48,536 nt of DNA from contig DGEQ01000079.1 in the NCBI GenBank assembly GCA_002386045.1, forward strand, positions 651 to 49,186, in the 5' to 3' direction. Below the pieces are notes generated by a model that worked only from the letters and a program-made list of their open reading frames with translations, was not told the origin of the DNA and did not search any database. This DNA is from Hungateiclostridiaceae bacterium UBA3922 (lineage in GTDB: Bacteria > Bacillota > Clostridia > Acetivibrionales > DTU013). Positions 17,683 to 26,041 of the stretch are shown here, one piece after another; positions within the stretch are counted from its first letter, which is position 1, and every line of letters begins with the position of its first letter. The translations under genes and the position numbers were made by a program.

Positions 17683-18735
17683 CTAGAATATCTTCATAAA
17701 CAGTGATGCCATCAGGAAACCTATCAGGCCGCAACCTGGGAAAGTAAGTATCCACGCTGTAAGCATTTCTTTCACGACGCCCCAGTTGACCGACGTCAAC
17801 CTCCTGGCAGCTCCGACGCCCATTATAGCCGTTGTCTTCGTGTGAGTCGTGCTTACCGGGATCCCAAGGAAGTTCGCGGTCAACAGGCTCAGGGCGCCGA
17901 CTGCGTCTGCGGAAAAACCCTGGTATGCCTCAAGCTTGACCATATCCATCCCGACCGATTTTATGATCCTCATGCCACCGATCGACGTACCGAGTCCCAT
18001 CACTGCAGAGCAAAGGAATATCAGCCACAGCGGGATGGTAAAGGTCGTGACGTCCGCTTTCCCCTGCGCCAGGAATACGCCAAGCATGAATACGCCCATG
18101 AATTTTTGTCCGTCCTGTGCCCCGTGCATGAAAGCCATTCCCGCAGCACCGGAAATCTGTGCGTATTTGAAGAATGTATAGGTCTTTCTCCTGTTAAAGC
18201 CGCGGAATATGGCTTCAACAAGCTTGACTACCAGTATCCCGCCGATGAAACCCATTATGACCGAAAGGAAAAGCCCGTAAATGACCTTGACCCATTCCTT
18301 CGGATTTATGCCTCCGATCCCCCTCTGAAGCGCTATCGCAGCCCCGGAAATACCGGCGATCAGCGCATGGCTCTCGCTGGTCGGGATGCCGAACCACCAT
18401 GCGGCCGTGGCCCAAAGGACAATGGCGACCATGGCTGCACACAGCGCAACGAGCGCCTCGTGGCTGTCTCCCCTGAAATCGACCATTTTGTAGATCGTTT
18501 CGGCAACTTTTGAGTTGACCAGTGTCATAACAAGGACGCCGAGGAAATTGAAGACAGCGGCCATTATAATGGCAGGCCTCGGACTCATCGAACGAGTGGA
18601 TATGCATGTGGCGATCGCATTGGGCGCATCTGTCCACCCATTAACCAGTATGACTCCCAGTGTCAGTGCAACTATCACCATCAATGCCGGATTCGTAACC
18701 AGATCGCTTAAAAAATCCGTCAGTGTAACAGTCAT
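17683..18735 (-). CDS. pit: Inorganic phosphate transporter, PiT family
   Basis: 350-aa polytopic protein with PiT signatures (NGWTDAPNAIAT, GIPVSTTHTKTTAIMGVG). Confidence 0.9.
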   Translation of the reverse strand: MTVTLTDFLSDLVTNPALMVIVALTLGVILVNGWTDAPNAIATCISTRSMSPRPAIIMAAVFNFLGVLVMTLVNSKVAETIYKMVDFRGDSHEALVALCAAMVAIVLWATAAWWFGIPTSESHALIAGISGAAIALQRGIGGINPKEWVKVIYGLFLSVIMGFIGGILVVKLVEAIFRGFNRRKTYTFFKYAQISGAAGMAFMHGAQDGQKFMGVFMLGVFLAQGKADVTTFTIPLWLIFLCSAVMGLGTSIGGMRIIKSVGMDMVKLEAYQGFSADAVGALSLLTANFLGIPVSTTHTKTTAIMGVGAARRLTSVNWGVVKEMLTAWILTFPGCGLIGFLMASLFMKIF

Positions 18736-18957
18736 CAGCCATCAACTTTCCTGAACAATATTATGTATATCTAATATGTACATTACCAAGCGTTTTTAGC
18801 ATACCATGTTTTTTTGGACCGGGCAATATCAGGGCGCACAAATTCTTCTAAAAAGGCTTTTTTTGATGAAATATGAAAAATAAACTCGATTTTCTCCGGG
18901 CATTTTGGCTGATTTGCCAAATGCCTGACATCCGGGAAAAAGCCACAGGCACGAAAT

Positions 18958-18977
18958 AACCCGCGTCGTTGCGGGTT
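18958..18977. terminator. Hairpin downstream of tRNA-Ala
   Basis: AACCCGC-gtcgtt-GCGGGTT. The U-tract is better on the plus strand (TTTTCTG) than on the tRNA strand (ATTTCG), so the direction is ambiguous. Confidence 0.45.
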
Positions 18978-18989
18978 TTCTGTTGATCA

Positions 18990-19064
18990 TGGTGGAGCTG
19001 ATGGGATTCGAACCCACGACTTTCACAATGCGAATGTGACACTCTCCCACTGAGTTACAGCCCC
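18990..19064 (-). tRNA. tRNA-Ala, anticodon CGC, CCA end encoded
   Basis: The reverse complement reads GGGGCTGTAACTCAGTGGGAGAGTGTCACATTCGCATTGTGAAAGTCGTGGGTTCGAATCCCATCAGCTCCACCA. It has the G3:U70 alanine identity pair, anticodon loop TTCGCAT and the T-arm GGTTCGAATCC. Confidence 0.9.
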
Positions 19065-19093
19065 ATGTAATCAATGATGTTCATCTTTATTAC

Positions 19094-19122
19094 AAATATA
19101 CACCTTTACTGAAACGAGGTCA
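19094..19122 (-). promoter_or_regulatory. Sigma-A-type promoter for tRNA-Ala
   Basis: On the minus strand: TTGACC (19117-19122), 17 nt, TATATT (19094-19099), about 25 nt upstream of the mature 5' end. Confidence 0.5.
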
Positions 19123-19131
19123 ACAGATTAT

Positions 19132-19181
19132 TTGAAACACATCGTCAACCTGTCTGTTATTTTGGGTTGACAATTTGTTTC
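19132..19181. promoter_or_regulatory. BirA-type biotin operator overlapping the bioY promoter
   Basis: Inverted repeat TCGTCAACC (19141-19149), 14 nt, GGTTGACAA (19164-19172), nested in an outer TGAAACA/TGTTTCA pair. The right half contains a TTGACA -35 hexamer (19166-19171). Confidence 0.6.
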
Positions 19182-19238
19182 AAAGCATATATCCTTAGGA
19201 TGAATGCCTGGCATATCCGTAAGAAAGGAAGCTGCACT

Positions 19239-19805
19239 ATGAAAAAGATAACATTGAAGGAATATATGCTCTGCGCACTGTTCACGGCTTTGATGGTTGC
19301 CGGGGCTTATATCCGTATCCCATTCCCGCTTCTGCCGGTAACGCTGCAGCCTTTCATATGTGCCCTTTCCGGGCTGGTCCTGGGGGCAAGGCCCGCCGCA
19401 TTGTCCATGACGGTCTACATGCTGCTCGGTCTGGCCGGGCTTCCGGTATTTGCCGGCGGCAGCGGGCTCACGGCGGTATTCGGGAGGACTTTCGGATTTA
19501 TCGTGGGCTTCATAGCCGGTGCATACGTTATCGGCAGGATATCTGAAAGGCTTGGAAAGCCGACGCCCGCCAACAACCTTAAGGCTTTGCTGCCCGGGCT
19601 GGCTGCAATATACATACCGGGTATCGCACATATGCTGCTGATAATGCGCGTTTACCTGGGAGACGAACAGGCAGGCCTCCTGGCGGTCCTTTCGGGAAAC
19701 CTGCCGTACCTGGTAAAGGATACGGTCCTTTTCGTCATGACCGCGTTCGCCGGCGCCTCAGTCGTGCCGGCTGCAAGGAAGGCCCTGGCGGGCAAAGCTC
19801 AATGA
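19239..19805 (+). CDS. bioY: Biotin transporter BioY (ECF S-component)
   Basis: MKKITLKEYMLCALFTALMVAGAYIRIPFPLLPVTLQPF...GLPVFAGG. ATG at 19239 follows AAGAAAGGAAG, so the track start at 19167 is an over-extension. Confidence 0.9.
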   Translation: MKKITLKEYMLCALFTALMVAGAYIRIPFPLLPVTLQPFICALSGLVLGARPAALSMTVYMLLGLAGLPVFAGGSGLTAVFGRTFGFIVGFIAGAYVIGRISERLGKPTPANNLKALLPGLAAIYIPGIAHMLLIMRVYLGDEQAGLLAVLSGNLPYLVKDTVLFVMTAFAGASVVPAARKALAGKAQ

Positions 19806-19807
19806 CA

Positions 19808-21088
19808 TCATTTGTAAACGAGGATGTCGTTTTCGATCACAGGTTCGGTCCCGAGCCTCCGGCTGAGATCCGCCTGCCTGGCAAGCAGTTCGGCCGCATC
19901 GCTGCCCGTCTGGACCTCAACATATGATTTTTTCAGGATCCTTACGGGAACTGCCGTAAGGCCGACCAGTTCCGTGCCCCTGTATTCCATATCGACAATG
20001 AACGACTCCATGTTTTCAGATTCGTTCTGATCGAAGAGGAAATTCCCCAGGCTGTACAGGATAGGCTTTCCGTTGTATATCTCGATCCCCTGGAACTGGT
20101 GAGGATGGTGGCCGAGGATGATGTCCGCGCCGTCGTCTATCAGCCTGTGGGCGAAATCCACCTGCTCGTCCGTCACCCTGAAGCTGTCCTCTATGCCCCA
20201 GTGGAGCGACACTGCCAGCAGGTCCACCTTGTCGCGGTTCTTCTCGATGTCTTCTTTTATCATTTCGTACTTCCTCGGTGCAACACCGGATTTTTTGGGA
20301 CCTGCCACGAACGACAGGTACGGATCGCCGGCAAAGACGATTTCGGCCATGTCCGTGTACGCAAGCAGTCCGATCTTCATCCCGTTTTTCTCTATTACGG
20401 CCATTTCCCTTGCCTCGTCGATATTCCTGCCGCCGCCGGCATGTGCTATCCCGTGGAGGTCCAGCAGTTCCATGGTGTCGAAAAGGCCTTTTTCATAGTA
20501 GTCCAGTATATGGTTGTTGGCCAGGCTCAGCATGTTGAAACCGGCGCTGGTCAGGGCCGTGACAGATTCGGGCTCGGCTCTCAGCACTATCTTCCCCGTT
20601 TTGTACAAGCCTTTGGTGCTCGGTGTAAGCGGGCATTCCAGGTTCCCGAACACTATGTCGCCCTGTTCCAGCAGCGGCTTTACCTTTGCGAATGCCGACT
20701 CGTAACCCCCGCCGTTTTTCTTTATCCAGTACTCGACGCCTCTGCCGAGCATTATATCGCCTACTGCGATAAACCTGAGTTCCGGCACCTCGGGCTCTTC
20801 GGCTTCCTCGGCCCCGCCATCGGCCTGGCCGCTGTCGCCTGACAGCTGACCTTCCGGGCTTCCGCCCGCTTCCGGCCCGCCTCCTGCGGCAGGTCCCTGT
20901 CCGTCCGGGCTTCCGCCGTCGTGGGCAGCCCCTTCCACGGCTCCGTCTTCCGCGTCCTGTTCGTGCGGCAGTTCACTCAATGCCTGCCTGTCCCTGTATG
21001 CATCGCTGTGGTAAATGACCGCGATGGTCACGATTGCCGCAGCCAGTATGAACAGCGCTGCAGCTGTTAATATCCTGGTTTTTTTCAT
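19808..21088 (-). CDS. CapA/PGA_cap-family metallophosphatase-like protein, membrane-anchored
   Basis: MKKTRILTAAALFILAAAIV anchor, a Gly/Ala/Glu-rich linker, then RFIAVGDIMLGRG...GNLECPLT...LSLANNHILDY...GHHPH. ATG at 21088 lies 6 nt after AGGAG. Confidence 0.85.
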   Translation of the reverse strand: MKKTRILTAAALFILAAAIVTIAVIYHSDAYRDRQALSELPHEQDAEDGAVEGAAHDGGSPDGQGPAAGGGPEAGGSPEGQLSGDSGQADGGAEEAEEPEVPELRFIAVGDIMLGRGVEYWIKKNGGGYESAFAKVKPLLEQGDIVFGNLECPLTPSTKGLYKTGKIVLRAEPESVTALTSAGFNMLSLANNHILDYYEKGLFDTMELLDLHGIAHAGGGRNIDEAREMAVIEKNGMKIGLLAYTDMAEIVFAGDPYLSFVAGPKKSGVAPRKYEMIKEDIEKNRDKVDLLAVSLHWGIEDSFRVTDEQVDFAHRLIDDGADIILGHHPHQFQGIEIYNGKPILYSLGNFLFDQNESENMESFIVDMEYRGTELVGLTAVPVRILKKSYVEVQTGSDAAELLARQADLSRRLGTEPVIENDILVYK

Positions 21089-21169
21089 GATCTTCTCCTG
21101 GATGGTTTTCTTCCTGATCGCTTTCTCAGCATATAATAACACTTATTATGTGATCTGTCACCCCGGCAT

Positions 21170-21199
21170 AAAAAAAGCTGTATGCTTCGGGCATACAGC
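21170..21199 (-). terminator. Canonical intrinsic terminator on the minus strand, upstream of the capA-like gene
   Basis: Stem GCTGTATGC/GCATACAGC (21177-21185 / 21191-21199) with a 5-nt loop. Seven T on the minus strand follow it (21170-21176). Confidence 0.65.
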
Positions 21200-21279
21200 A
21201 GGCAATAAGGGGTCGGATGTCGTATATCCGGCAGTCTTCGACGATCCTTATATTTGCATTATATTGCAAGCAGTCCTTG
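21170..21279 (-). ncRNA. Candidate ~110-nt transcript (sRNA or cis-regulatory leader) between a strong promoter and a terminator
   Basis: It is bounded by the minus-strand promoter TTGAAT-16-TATAAT and the terminator at 21170-21199. It contains no ORF. An internal hairpin GGAU(C)GUCG...CGACAUCC is enclosed by AUAAGG/CCUUAU. Confidence 0.35.
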
Positions 21280-21313
21280 AAATGGATTATAATGACTATT
21301 GCGGATCATTCAA
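21264..21313. promoter_or_regulatory. Overlapping face-to-face promoters sharing the palindromic -10 ATTATAAT
   Basis: Plus strand: TTGCAA (21264-21269), 18 nt, TATAAT (21288-21293), pointing toward ymaF. Minus strand: TTGAAT (21308-21313), 16 nt, TATAAT (21286-21291), pointing toward the terminator and the capA-like gene. Confidence 0.45.
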
Positions 21314-21421
21314 TAATTACCACACAGTCCGGCGCATAAACAGAAAATTTACAGGATATGCAACTCATATATGGGCAAGAAAAACACATCATAATATACA
21401 GGAAATGATATGGAGGCTCAT

Positions 21422-21742
21422 ATGAGATCGCACATGCACAAATTCAAATTCGACAGCAGGTTCGCAAACGGCCACAACCACAGGCTGCTTGGCTATGCAA
21501 GCGGCATGATCGGTCTGGGCAGCTTCCATATCCATTTTTACTACGGCGTCTCGTCCTACCGTAATCACACCCATTACTTCTGCGGCATCACGGGTATGCC
21601 CCGGAAGACTGAAAACGGGCATATACACAAGATGGAAGGCATACTTGAATACAACGACATGCATGAACACGTATACAAGGGGTATACCTCCGAAGAGATA
21701 TCCTGCATCCCTTCTGCCCAGGTCATCGGGTTCGTCCGCTGA
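21422..21742 (+). CDS. ymaF: YmaF-family protein (His-rich repeat protein of spore formers)
   Basis: Reiterated HxH...G.T modules (GHNHRLLGYASG, FHIHFYYGVSS, HTHYFCGITG, GHIHKMEG, HEHVYKGYT) as in B. subtilis YmaF. ATG at 21422 lies 5 nt after GGAGG. Confidence 0.7.
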   Translation: MRSHMHKFKFDSRFANGHNHRLLGYASGMIGLGSFHIHFYYGVSSYRNHTHYFCGITGMPRKTENGHIHKMEGILEYNDMHEHVYKGYTSEEISCIPSAQVIGFVR

Positions 21743-21820
21743 GCCGGCCGGTCCGCGGTCCTGTGGTTTCCCTGGCCGGACCGGCAGTAAAAAACAGCGC
21801 AGCAAAAAACAGGCTTTTGC

Positions 21821-22354
21821 TCAGTAATCCATCCCTATCCTGAGCGCTTTCATTTCATCAGGGATCAGGTGATGCTTTCTCTCGGGCAGGACCTTTCTCA
21901 GCCCGCTTTCGAAACTCCCTGCCGAAACGACGCCCGTTTCCTTTATCAGCTTGCCCAGCAGTATTATGTTTGCGAACGCCAGGTTGCCCATGTCGGAGGC
22001 GATCTGCGTCGCAGGTATCCCGAATGCCTTTATGTCCTTCCTGGCCGGTTCCCTGTTCACCAGGGAACTGTCGTAGATCAATATCCCTCCGGGTTCCAGG
22101 TAACTCTCGAACTTGTCCATCGACGGCCGGTTCATCGCCATCACTACAGCCGCACTGTTCAGGATCGGCGAACCTATGGGTTCGTCAGACACGATGACAT
22201 GGCAGTTGGAGGTCCCTCCTCGCATTTCAGGGCCGTATGAAGGAAGGAACGAAACGTGCTTGTCCTCAAGTATCCCGGCATATGCTATCAGTTTTCCGGC
22301 AGCCTGTATCCCCTGGCCGCCAAAACCTGCAAAAATCATATCAGTCTGGGCCAT
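21821..22354 (-). CDS. korC: 2-oxoacid:ferredoxin oxidoreductase, gamma subunit
   Basis: [20 protein letters not shown]...[15 protein letters not shown], 177 aa. It is the last gene of a delta-alpha-beta-gamma operon. Confidence 0.9.
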   Translation of the reverse strand: MAQTDMIFAGFGGQGIQAAGKLIAYAGILEDKHVSFLPSYGPEMRGGTSNCHVIVSDEPIGSPILNSAAVVMAMNRPSMDKFESYLEPGGILIYDSSLVNREPARKDIKAFGIPATQIASDMGNLAFANIILLGKLIKETGVVSAGSFESGLRKVLPERKHHLIPDEMKALRIGMDY

Positions 22355-22357
22355 ATG

Positions 22358-23110
22358 CTACACCTCCAGATCCTTTCCCTTGAAGTTGCCAAGCGGATAT
22401 TGCGGTATCATCTTCTCCCCGATCCATTTCAGCGCATTCACGGGATCGGTCCCCCAGTTGGTCGGACACGACGAAAGCACTTCGACTATGGAAAACCCAA
22501 GACCGGCGATCTGCACCTTGAAAGCTTTCTTTATCGCGTTTTTGGCATTCCTGATGTTCTTTATGTCATGCATGGACACGCGTTCCACGTAAGCTGCTCC
22601 CTTCAGCGTGGAAAGCATTTCACACACATTCAGCGGGTAACCGTGCAGTTCAGGTTTCCTGCCGAAAGGAGAAGTCGTAGTCACCTGCCCGATAAGCGTC
22701 GTGGGCGCCATCTGGCCTGACGTCATGCCATAGATAGCGTTGTTTATGAATATGGTCGTTATCTTCTCTCCCCTGTTGGCGGCATGGATGATCTCTGCCG
22801 TACCGATGGCGGCAAGATCGCCGTCGCCCTGGTAGGTAAAGACCACGTTGTCCGGATGGACGCGCTTGATGCCTGTCGCAACGGCCGGCGCCCTGCCATG
22901 GGCAGCCTGTACCATATCGCAGTTGAAATACAGGTAGTTGTTATATGCACATCCCACGGGGGACACACCGATCGTCTTTCCCTCGACGCCGAGTTCGTCG
23001 ATCACTTCCGCTATCAGCCGGTGCACTATGCCATGGGTGCAGCCCGGGCAATAGTGCATCTGTGTTTCTCTCAAGGCATGCGGCCTCTGAAATACTATAG
23101 CCATCGTCAT
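22358..23110 (-). CDS. korB: 2-oxoacid:ferredoxin oxidoreductase, beta (TPP-binding) subunit
   Basis: [13 protein letters not shown]...GDGDLAAIG...[11 protein letters not shown] (TPP-binding motif). Confidence 0.9.
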   Translation of the reverse strand: MTMAIVFQRPHALRETQMHYCPGCTHGIVHRLIAEVIDELGVEGKTIGVSPVGCAYNNYLYFNCDMVQAAHGRAPAVATGIKRVHPDNVVFTYQGDGDLAAIGTAEIIHAANRGEKITTIFINNAIYGMTSGQMAPTTLIGQVTTTSPFGRKPELHGYPLNVCEMLSTLKGAAYVERVSMHDIKNIRNAKNAIKKAFKVQIAGLGFSIVEVLSSCPTNWGTDPVNALKWIGEKMIPQYPLGNFKGKDLEV

Positions 23111-23116
23111 TCCCCT

Positions 23117-24172
23117 TTACTTCAGAATTTCCCTGATTTTTTCGAGTATCTCCTTCTGGGTCGGTATCATGCCGCCCATCCTTCCAAGGAAGTGTACAGG
23201 CCTTTTGCCGTTCACCGCAAGCCTGACGTCCTCGACCATCTGGCCTGAGCTCATCTCCACGGTAAGGAAGGCCTGCGGGACCTCCGCATACTTTTCGAAG
23301 GCTGCCGCCGGGAAGGGCCACAGCGTGATCGGTCTTATCAATCCGACCTTTATCCCTTCCTTTTCAGCAGTTTTGATCACATTCTTTATTATCCTTGCCA
23401 CGGTGCCGTATGCAGCCACAATGACATCGGCGCCGTCGCAGTTGTATGCCTCGACCCTCGTCTCATTCTCAGCGATTTTCCTGTATTTTTCCTGGAGCTT
23501 CAGGTTGTGCTTTTCAAGCACCTCGGGATCGATATATATGGATGTTATTATATTGTGGTCCCTTTTCATCTCCGTGCCCGTCACGGCCCAGCTCTTGTCT
23601 GCCTGGTATATATCTTCCTTATCTTTGAACTCGACGGCTTCCATCATCTGTCCCAGCATGCCGTCGCCCATGATCATGCAAAGGGTGCGGTACCTGTCCG
23701 CTATGTTGAAAGCTTCCACCACGAGTTCATACAGTTCCTGGACGCTGCTCGGCGCAAGCACCACCATCCTGTAATCACCGTGGCCTCCGCCCTTGGTAGC
23801 CTGGAAATAATCGCTCTGGGCAGCCAGGATCCCGCCGAGCCCCGGACCTGCCCTCATGATATTGACGATAACTGCCGGCAGTTCGGCGCAGGCCGCATAA
23901 GATATCGCTTCCTGCTTGAGGCTGATGCCCGGGCTCGAGGACGATGTCATTACCCTCGCGCCTGCACTGGCCGCGCCGTAGACCATGTTCATCGCAGCGA
24001 CTTCGCTCTCGGCCTGTATGAAAGTGCCCCCGTACTGGGGCATTTTTTTTGCGAAATAATGGGCTATCTCGGTCTGAGGTGTGATTGGATAACCGAAATA
24101 GTGCCTGCAGCCTGCTCTCAGTGCAGCTTCGGCGATCACCTCGTTGCCCTTCATAAGTATCTTTTCTCCCAT
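23117..24172 (-). CDS. korA: 2-oxoacid:ferredoxin oxidoreductase, alpha subunit
   Basis: MGEKILMKGNEVIAEAALRAGCRHYFGYPITPQTEI. I prefer the ATG at 24172 over the track start at 24232, which would overlap korD. Confidence 0.9.
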   Translation of the reverse strand: MGEKILMKGNEVIAEAALRAGCRHYFGYPITPQTEIAHYFAKKMPQYGGTFIQAESEVAAMNMVYGAASAGARVMTSSSSPGISLKQEAISYAACAELPAVIVNIMRAGPGLGGILAAQSDYFQATKGGGHGDYRMVVLAPSSVQELYELVVEAFNIADRYRTLCMIMGDGMLGQMMEAVEFKDKEDIYQADKSWAVTGTEMKRDHNIITSIYIDPEVLEKHNLKLQEKYRKIAENETRVEAYNCDGADVIVAAYGTVARIIKNVIKTAEKEGIKVGLIRPITLWPFPAAAFEKYAEVPQAFLTVEMSSGQMVEDVRLAVNGKRPVHFLGRMGGMIPTQKEILEKIREILK

Positions 24173-24188
24173 CCTACTTACCCCCTTG

Positions 24189-24395
24189 TCACTTCTCGAC
24201 CGTAATGACACAGTCAGGACAAATCGTTGCACAGAATGCGCAGCCGATGCATTTTTCCATTTCCTTCACCGTTGCCGGATGAAAACCTTTGAGATTGAGT
24301 TTCTCTTCGTCCATCATGACTATCTTCTTGGGACACACGGATACGCACAGCCTGCATCCCTTGCAGCGATCCTCATCGAAAGTAACCCTTGCCAT
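24189..24395 (-). CDS. korD: 2-oxoacid:ferredoxin oxidoreductase, delta subunit (2x[4Fe-4S] ferredoxin)
   Basis: Two CxxCxxCxxxCP motifs (CKGCRLCVSVCP, CIGCAFCATICP). The start could be the ATG at 24395 or the GTG at 24416. Confidence 0.85.
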   Translation of the reverse strand: MARVTFDEDRCKGCRLCVSVCPKKIVMMDEEKLNLKGFHPATVKEMEKCIGCAFCATICPDCVITVEK

Positions 24396-24445
24396 TTCTT
24401 CTATGTCGCACCTCACAATCTTTAAGCCTATAAACGATCTTACAT

Positions 24446-24474
24446 ATTATAAACCTCATTTTTTTCAATTGCAA
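24446..24474 (-). promoter_or_regulatory. Consensus sigma-A promoter of the kor operon
   Basis: On the minus strand: TTGCAA (24469-24474), 17 nt, TATAAT (24446-24451). Confidence 0.6.
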
Positions 24475-24540
24475 GTAAACAGACCCGCCTCCACGGCAGC
24501 GGCAAGGCCCGAATGGGCCGGCAGGAGCGATTTTGCAGTA

Positions 24541-25215
24541 TTATGGCAGTTCCCAGGGCAGCCTGATGTTTTTTTTCATGTAAAGCCTTTCGATCCCCCT
24601 GTCTCCTTCATACGAGGACAGGACTTCCTCCATGCCGCTGATGAATCCGACGGGTATAGAGAGCCTGTCGCTTACGACTCCGAGTATTTCCGAAGCCTCG
24701 GCCAGCAGTTCGGGGGTGCTCTCGCCGAGCATGTTGGCATTGTTCACAAGCTTGTCCACTTTCAGGCCTGCGCTGTCCTGTATTTCCAGGATCATCCTTA
24801 TGATTTCCTCCGGGGTCCTCGTCATCGGCCGCCGGGTATTCACAACGAAGTAATGTATGTAATCCTCACGGACTATCTGGTCCCTGTACCTCGATACGGC
24901 CCTTGCCCCGAGGTCGTCACCGCCAACGTCGAATATGACGCTGTAGCTTCTGTCTTCGAACATGGTGCTGATCTCAGCTGGAAGAGAAGGCACATCCACA
25001 TTCGTATTGGCATATACGGGCGTTATCACCCTGATGCCCTCGGCTTCCAGCCCGCTTCTGACATCTGCCGTCCTGAAAAACGGGTTGACTATGTCAAGAT
25101 CGACTATGGCTGTCTTTTTCCCTGCCCTGGCGGTCTGGCGGGCATAATTGACGGCCACTTCGGTTTTACCGCTGCCAAAGTGGCCGGTGAATATCGTGAT
25201 CCTTTCATCGAACAT
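24541..25215 (-). CDS. P-loop NTPase of unknown function (MinD/ParA-like SIMIBI fold)
   Basis: Walker A TGHFGSGKTE followed by IVDLDIVNP, and a Walker B-like VIFDVGGDD. Confidence 0.7.
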   Translation of the reverse strand: MFDERITIFTGHFGSGKTEVAVNYARQTARAGKKTAIVDLDIVNPFFRTADVRSGLEAEGIRVITPVYANTNVDVPSLPAEISTMFEDRSYSVIFDVGGDDLGARAVSRYRDQIVREDYIHYFVVNTRRPMTRTPEEIIRMILEIQDSAGLKVDKLVNNANMLGESTPELLAEASEILGVVSDRLSIPVGFISGMEEVLSSYEGDRGIERLYMKKNIRLPWELP

Positions 25216-25271
25216 CTGCTCTCCCTCGTTTCCCTGTGATTCCCTGTCCGTTTCGAAATAGCACTGCCCTT

Positions 25272-26039
25272 TTATTTGCCGCGCTCTATGCCTGCCAGGT
25301 CCCGGATCACTTCTCCGGCGATCATGAACCCGGCGACCGGAGGCACGAAAGACGTGCTGCCCGGTATCCTCCTTTTTGTTTCCGTTTTTTCACCCCTGCA
25401 TTTCGGGCATGTGCATATTTCCCCGCCGCCTGTCATTCCCTGAATTATCGGCTCCGCCGGCACTTCCGGTGAGAATGCCACTTTGAGTGACGTGATGCCC
25501 CTTGTCCTGAGTTCCTTCCTCATCACCTTTGCCAGCGGATCCGTGTACGTCTTGCTGATGTCCGTTATCACAATCCTGGTCGGGTCCAGTTTGTTGCCCA
25601 TCCCCATGCTGCTTATGACAGGTATGCCCGACTGTTTCGCTCTCATAACTATGTCGAGCTTGGCTGTGACTGTGTCGACAGCATCGATGACGTAATCTAT
25701 CCTGCCGTCGAAGACCTGTCCGGCCGTTTCAGGCAGATAAAAAAGCTGGTGCGTCGTGACCTCTGCATCAGGATTGATGTCCAGTATCCTTTCTTTCATC
25801 ACCTCTACCTTTGGCCGGCCTATGGTGCTCCCGGCGGCATGGATCTGCCTGTTGAGATTAGTGATGCAGACATAGTCATCATCGACAAGTATGAATTTTC
25901 CCACTCCGCCGCGGACCAGCCCTTCCACGGCAAAACTCCCTACGCCGCCTATCCCGAATACCGCCACCCGTGACTGTGCCAGCTTTTTCAACACCTCTGG
26001 CCCCACCAGCAGTTCGAACCTCGTGAATGCATGCCGCAT
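25272..26039 (-). CDS. tcdA: tRNA threonylcarbamoyladenosine dehydratase (ThiF/E1-like, TcdA)
   Basis: RFELLVGPEVLKKLAQSRVAVFGIGGVGSFAVEGLVRGGVGKFILVDDDYVCITNLNRQ. Confidence 0.85.
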   Translation of the reverse strand: MRHAFTRFELLVGPEVLKKLAQSRVAVFGIGGVGSFAVEGLVRGGVGKFILVDDDYVCITNLNRQIHAAGSTIGRPKVEVMKERILDINPDAEVTTHQLFYLPETAGQVFDGRIDYVIDAVDTVTAKLDIVMRAKQSGIPVISSMGMGNKLDPTRIVITDISKTYTDPLAKVMRKELRTRGITSLKVAFSPEVPAEPIIQGMTGGGEICTCPKCRGEKTETKRRIPGSTSFVPPVAGFMIAGEVIRDLAGIERGK

Positions 26040-26041
26040 TA

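Noticed and set aside
18829-19074. ORFs of 81 and 64 aa overlapping the tRNA-Ala gene.
   Set aside because: They are explained by the tRNA and its flanking hairpins, and they have no coding features.
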